Shown: positions 60,701-64,000 of the stretch, piece by piece
How the letters are laid out: each line of letters starts with the position of its first letter
How positions within the stretch are numbered: the stretch's first letter is position 1
NCBI RefSeq assembly: GCF_032062105.1
Contig: NW_026930622.1
Span: forward strand, 310,001-374,000
DNA length: 64,000 bases
Direction: 5' to 3'
Origin: Saccostrea cucullata
Taxonomy: Eukaryota
Notes under the pieces: model-generated
Told to the model about the DNA's origin: nothing
The model's input: the letters and a program-made list of their open reading frames with translations, nothing else
Databases searched by the model: none
Position numbers and translations under genes: made by a program

Positions 60701-63203
60701 CTTAAGGGTGTGTTCAGATCTTGACCAAAGGTCATTTGGGCAAGTTCAAGGTCACTGGAAGAAAGTTCATAATTCGTGTCTGCTCCATATTGGAGATTGG
60801 GTATCTTTCTTATGGAGAATAATGTTTGGATATTGGGAGTTTCCACTTCACACAAAGGTGGCTTATGACCTGAGGGGGTGTCATGACCTTGACTTAAAGT
60901 CATTGTAGGAAAAATGGATAAATAATGCATTTATACATTCCAATCACAGTCACTGTCTCAGAAAGAATTTTTTAACCCATAGTATAATAATGTTAGTGTT
61001 AAATTATTATTATACTAATTAATGGGTTAATAAAATGATTTCCGAAACAAGTGCTTGTGATTTGAAAGTTTGGATGGATTATGCCTGTGTTTCCAATAGA
61101 GAAATACTTGAAAAATTGTTTTTCATTTTTTGTAATAAATGCCTGTTATAATTATCGTATTGATGTTTAACTAGACTGTGTACTTCAGTTTTATTCATTA
61201 GAAAAATATAATGATCAATTAATGGTACAAAGGCATATATATTTGTTAACTGTATCTAAAATTTGTTACTATATATACATTTAACTACAGGAAGAGGTAG
61301 AAGTGAGTAGTTTTAGAAACTCAATTCTCTGTTTAAACCACATAAACTAGCTGTACTTTGAATAACTTTCAAGATAATATATACATGATTTGTTTATGCC
61401 ATTTAGTTGACTATAACAACTATGCAATACAGTCTTAGTTAATATGTCTCAGTTTCATTCTTCATGATCATATACTGTGAGTTAAGTTTACTGTAGCTCT
61501 ATAAAAAAATGATGTGACTATTTATAGGGTCTATCTTGTAGTCTTTTTATAATATAGGTCTGATTTATACACATACATCAAATAAACTTACAGGTAATAT
61601 AAATATGTTTAGAAATGATTCACCTATTTTAGATTATATACCCCCTGGTATGTGTACATGCATGTACCTAAATGAATAAATCTAATGCATATTTTTATGA
61701 GGAATACCTATAAGAGATAACCAGTTAGTAAAGGTGTTTTTGGTGTATATTTTAATTATCAACATGTTAAATTTTTGAATAATTTGATATTTTGAGCATA
61801 GCGGGAACTGCACCTATGCCTGCAAAACAATATGTACCTTGTGCATGTATACATTCAATGGATGTACCGGTATACTGTTAGCTGTACGTATGTACTGTAA
61901 GGAATATTCATAAATTTCATATTTTTCTTATGATTTAGATCGCCATAATTTATTATAAACTTCACAATTTTAAGAATTACATATTGGGACCAAGAAAGTT
62001 AGTTAATTGTTATTCATTAAATAGTTCTGAATTTTTTTTACTATGTATGTTTAAAAACAGGAGGAGATATATGTAAAAGTGAGTAGTTTTAGAAAATTCA
62101 ATTCTCTGTAAACCATGTACATGTACTTTGAATAAATTATCAGTTATTAGAATGATTTATATCATGTAATTCTGTTACAAAAATATAATAGCGTCTAAAT
62201 CTATGATGAGTTTTATTCTCCAAACTCGAGTAATTCAATTCCTGAAATATATACATGTACAGGATGTATTACATGTATAAAAGATTCTATAATTAGGCAT
62301 GCATAATGTGTAGATTCCTTTATAAAAAGAAACAATATTGAAGACATTTTACTTTATTATTACAAATAAGTTATTAAGTTAAACAGATATCAGATGAATT
62401 TTTATTTTTATCACATCTTTACGCCTTTAATTAAACTGTGCTATGGATTTAGTCGTATATGATTTTTTTTTTTCATATGGACAGTTGTCATATATGGCAT
62501 CAAGAGTGAGTTCATTAAATGAAAACAGTTTTAAACATGTGATAGCTATGTTCAACATGACTGAAAAAAAAAATTCTCAATGATTTTGGTTGGAATGCTA
62601 GTTATATAGATGATTTTTATCCAGTAAATGGTGCACAATCCATTGATTAAAAATCATATCCAAACACAGTCCATGGAAGTTCTCACATATAAATTTGCAT
62701 AAATCCAAATTCATATTTTTGTGAAGCATATAAAGCAAACCAAGAGATAAGAACTATATTTTATGAACATACCTAACCTAACTTGTATATAATCTTATAA
62801 TCTCATGAATTTGATATCCTGAGTGTAAAAAGTACATACAAGTACATTGTATACACATTGAATGATCTGATGTTTTGGAGGTCCATGTTTGCTCTGCTCC
62901 TACTTTATATTGTTTTATGGACTTATGATCTTGAATACTGTTCGTTATTATCCATATGTTTCATTGCACTAATACATGTAATTGTGTTTATATGTTCGGA
63001 ACATTGATTGGTCTTATCCTCTTCTCCAAAGAAATATATATTCATGTACCTTTAATATTGCATTAATTAATTCATGCCACTTTTATCATGAATAGGAACG
63101 TACTCAGAGTCAGAAGAAAATCACCTATTTTATAAAGATCCATGCACCCTGGGATGTCCTGTGCTTTTATGCAGAAGATCTGTGTTTTAGAGCACCATTA
63201 CAG
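51773..63203 (+). CDS. Anoctamin/TMEM16 family gene, N-terminal exons (51773-51880, 57592-57688, 59014-59144, 63096-63203; continues beyond the window)
   Basis: Spliced in frame: MSEKKGLNG..EEEA|SSDGG..CYFSDGKRQI|DFILVYEEE..KWRAKFMVNLKKNGLDLEE|ERTQSQKKITYFIKIHAPWDVLCFYAEDLCFRAPLQ. FxDGxRxIDFxLVY and FxKIHAPWxVLCxYAE are hallmark motifs of the anoctamin cytosolic N-terminal domain. All junctions are AG/GT with consistent phase. The first exon is less certain and the subfamily is not assignable. Confidence 0.88.
52404..52925 (-). mobile_element. Penelope-like retroelement 3' fragment in anoctamin intron
   Basis: - strand encodes degenerate FSIINFPYSCSN..AFGVYISQLIRY, then sequence homologous to 7537-7930 including the 3' module. 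Confidence 0.75.
55013..55133. repeat. ~120-bp hairpin
   Basis: AATCGGTCGCTAAATTAGCTAAA..CTACCCCCTCTATA / TATAGAGGGGTAG..TTTAGCTAATTTAGCGACCGATT. Confidence 0.85.
56395..56473. mobile_element. 79-bp hairpin MITE with 9-bp TSD (Mutator-like)
   Basis: CATCGTCGGAAAC...GTTTCCGACGATG flanked by CAGTTTCTA (56386-56394, 56474-56482). Confidence 0.88.
58005..58803 (+). mobile_element. HINE/pearl-like element with ~180-bp core repeats, in anoctamin intron
   Basis: 5' subTIR ATACCCCACGC, GTCC/GTCA microsatellite, and ~3.5 core units (CACAGAATTTTGTCAAACTTTGCAGA..TGTGTAGATGTGCAT). 3' subTIR GCGTGGGGTAT, hairpin GTGAGC-TT-GCTCAC and a T-run. Confidence 0.82.
60660..60905. repeat. Degenerate ~167-bp satellite-like dimer
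   Basis: AAAG.T.G.TTATGAC.T.AGGG.GTGT...CTTGAC recurs at ~60686 and ~60853. Confidence 0.45.
61291..61302 (+). CDS. Candidate anoctamin microexon A (12 nt, EEVE)
   Basis: TTTAACTACAG|GAAGAGGTAGAA|GTGAGT; phase 0-0, matching the flanking exons. Confidence 0.5.
62061..62078 (+). CDS. Candidate anoctamin microexon B (18 nt, EEIYVK)
   Basis: TTTAAAAACAG|GAGGAGATATATGTAAAA|GTGAGT; phase 0-0, with downstream intron paralogous to that of microexon A. Confidence 0.45.
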
Positions 63204-64000
63204 GTAGGTTCAACAGTAAAACTGGCAAGGCAAGGAGTTAAGGTTTATTGATACTCTAAAAAGAGAGATAACTCTTATTGAGAATAAAATCTACATGTAT
63301 TTATCAGTCCTAAATTATAATTTTGTCAAGTGGAATTTTTCCCCCTAATTTTTCTTGGCAAGATATAAAAAATTATCTGCATTTTTTTTTTTAAACATAC
63401 AAATGTATATATATTTTTCTGGGAACATAATGATTACTGGTATCAACATCATATAAAATGAAAATCATATGGCAAATCCTGTTTCATTTTTATTTTGTAG
63501 CAAATCTTCTAACATATGCATGTTTAAGAGTTATAGAAAGATATGACTCATTGTTATACTTAACTAACTGTATTAAACTTGAACATAAAGTCCGCCGAGA
63601 ACCTGTTTTATACGCAATAGCTCTCCTTCATGCCCCTGCGCTAAAAATAGCGACATGTAAAACTATAAATACTAATAAAACAAACGGGGCGGGGCACAAA
63701 CTTATGACCTTGACCTTTGACCTTTTGACCTCAAAATCAATATATCACAAAAGAATTTGCTTACATGACCTTGACCTTTGACCTTTTGGCATCTCTATAG
63801 GGATGTTTGATTTGAATATACACATTACATCAGTTTAAAGTTTTATTAGTGATCGAGGTCAAAGCATTGTATTATTTTTCCTAGGACTAACTTGCTTTGC
63901 AGGTTAACACTAGTTTCATATGATTGAAAAGAATTTGGAACCTTTTTATTGAACTTTGCCTCACTGATAAAAAAAAAATGTTGAAGTGACTGCTTTGTAT

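Overview
AT-rich animal genomic DNA with spliceosomal introns. The repeat content (Meta/Deu-type tRNA SINE, Helentron-associated/pearl-like elements, Penelope-like RT remnants, poly-G tracts) points to a bivalve mollusc, probably an oyster; that is inference. The left 35 kb holds a tandem cluster of seven diverged paralogous genes: one truncated on the - strand and six complete on the + strand. Each complete gene encodes a ~390-405 aa type I membrane protein with a signal peptide, Cys-capped degenerate leucine-rich-repeat ectodomain, LRRCT, an extra juxtamembrane Cys module on a 66/72-nt phase 1-1 mini-exon, one TM helix, and a short basic, Pro-containing tail with no TIR or other catalytic domain. 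All six spliced models give intact frames. The right end holds the 5' exons of an anoctamin (TMEM16) gene, including a duplicated pair of in-frame candidate microexons. The window also has one tRNA-Phe(GAA), a 44-bp x ~44 minisatellite apparently born inside a Penelope-like element, and many MITEs and hairpin elements, several with readable target-site duplications. Most other ORFs in the track are antisense shadows or repeat-derived noise. Function of the LRR family cannot be determined from sequence alone.
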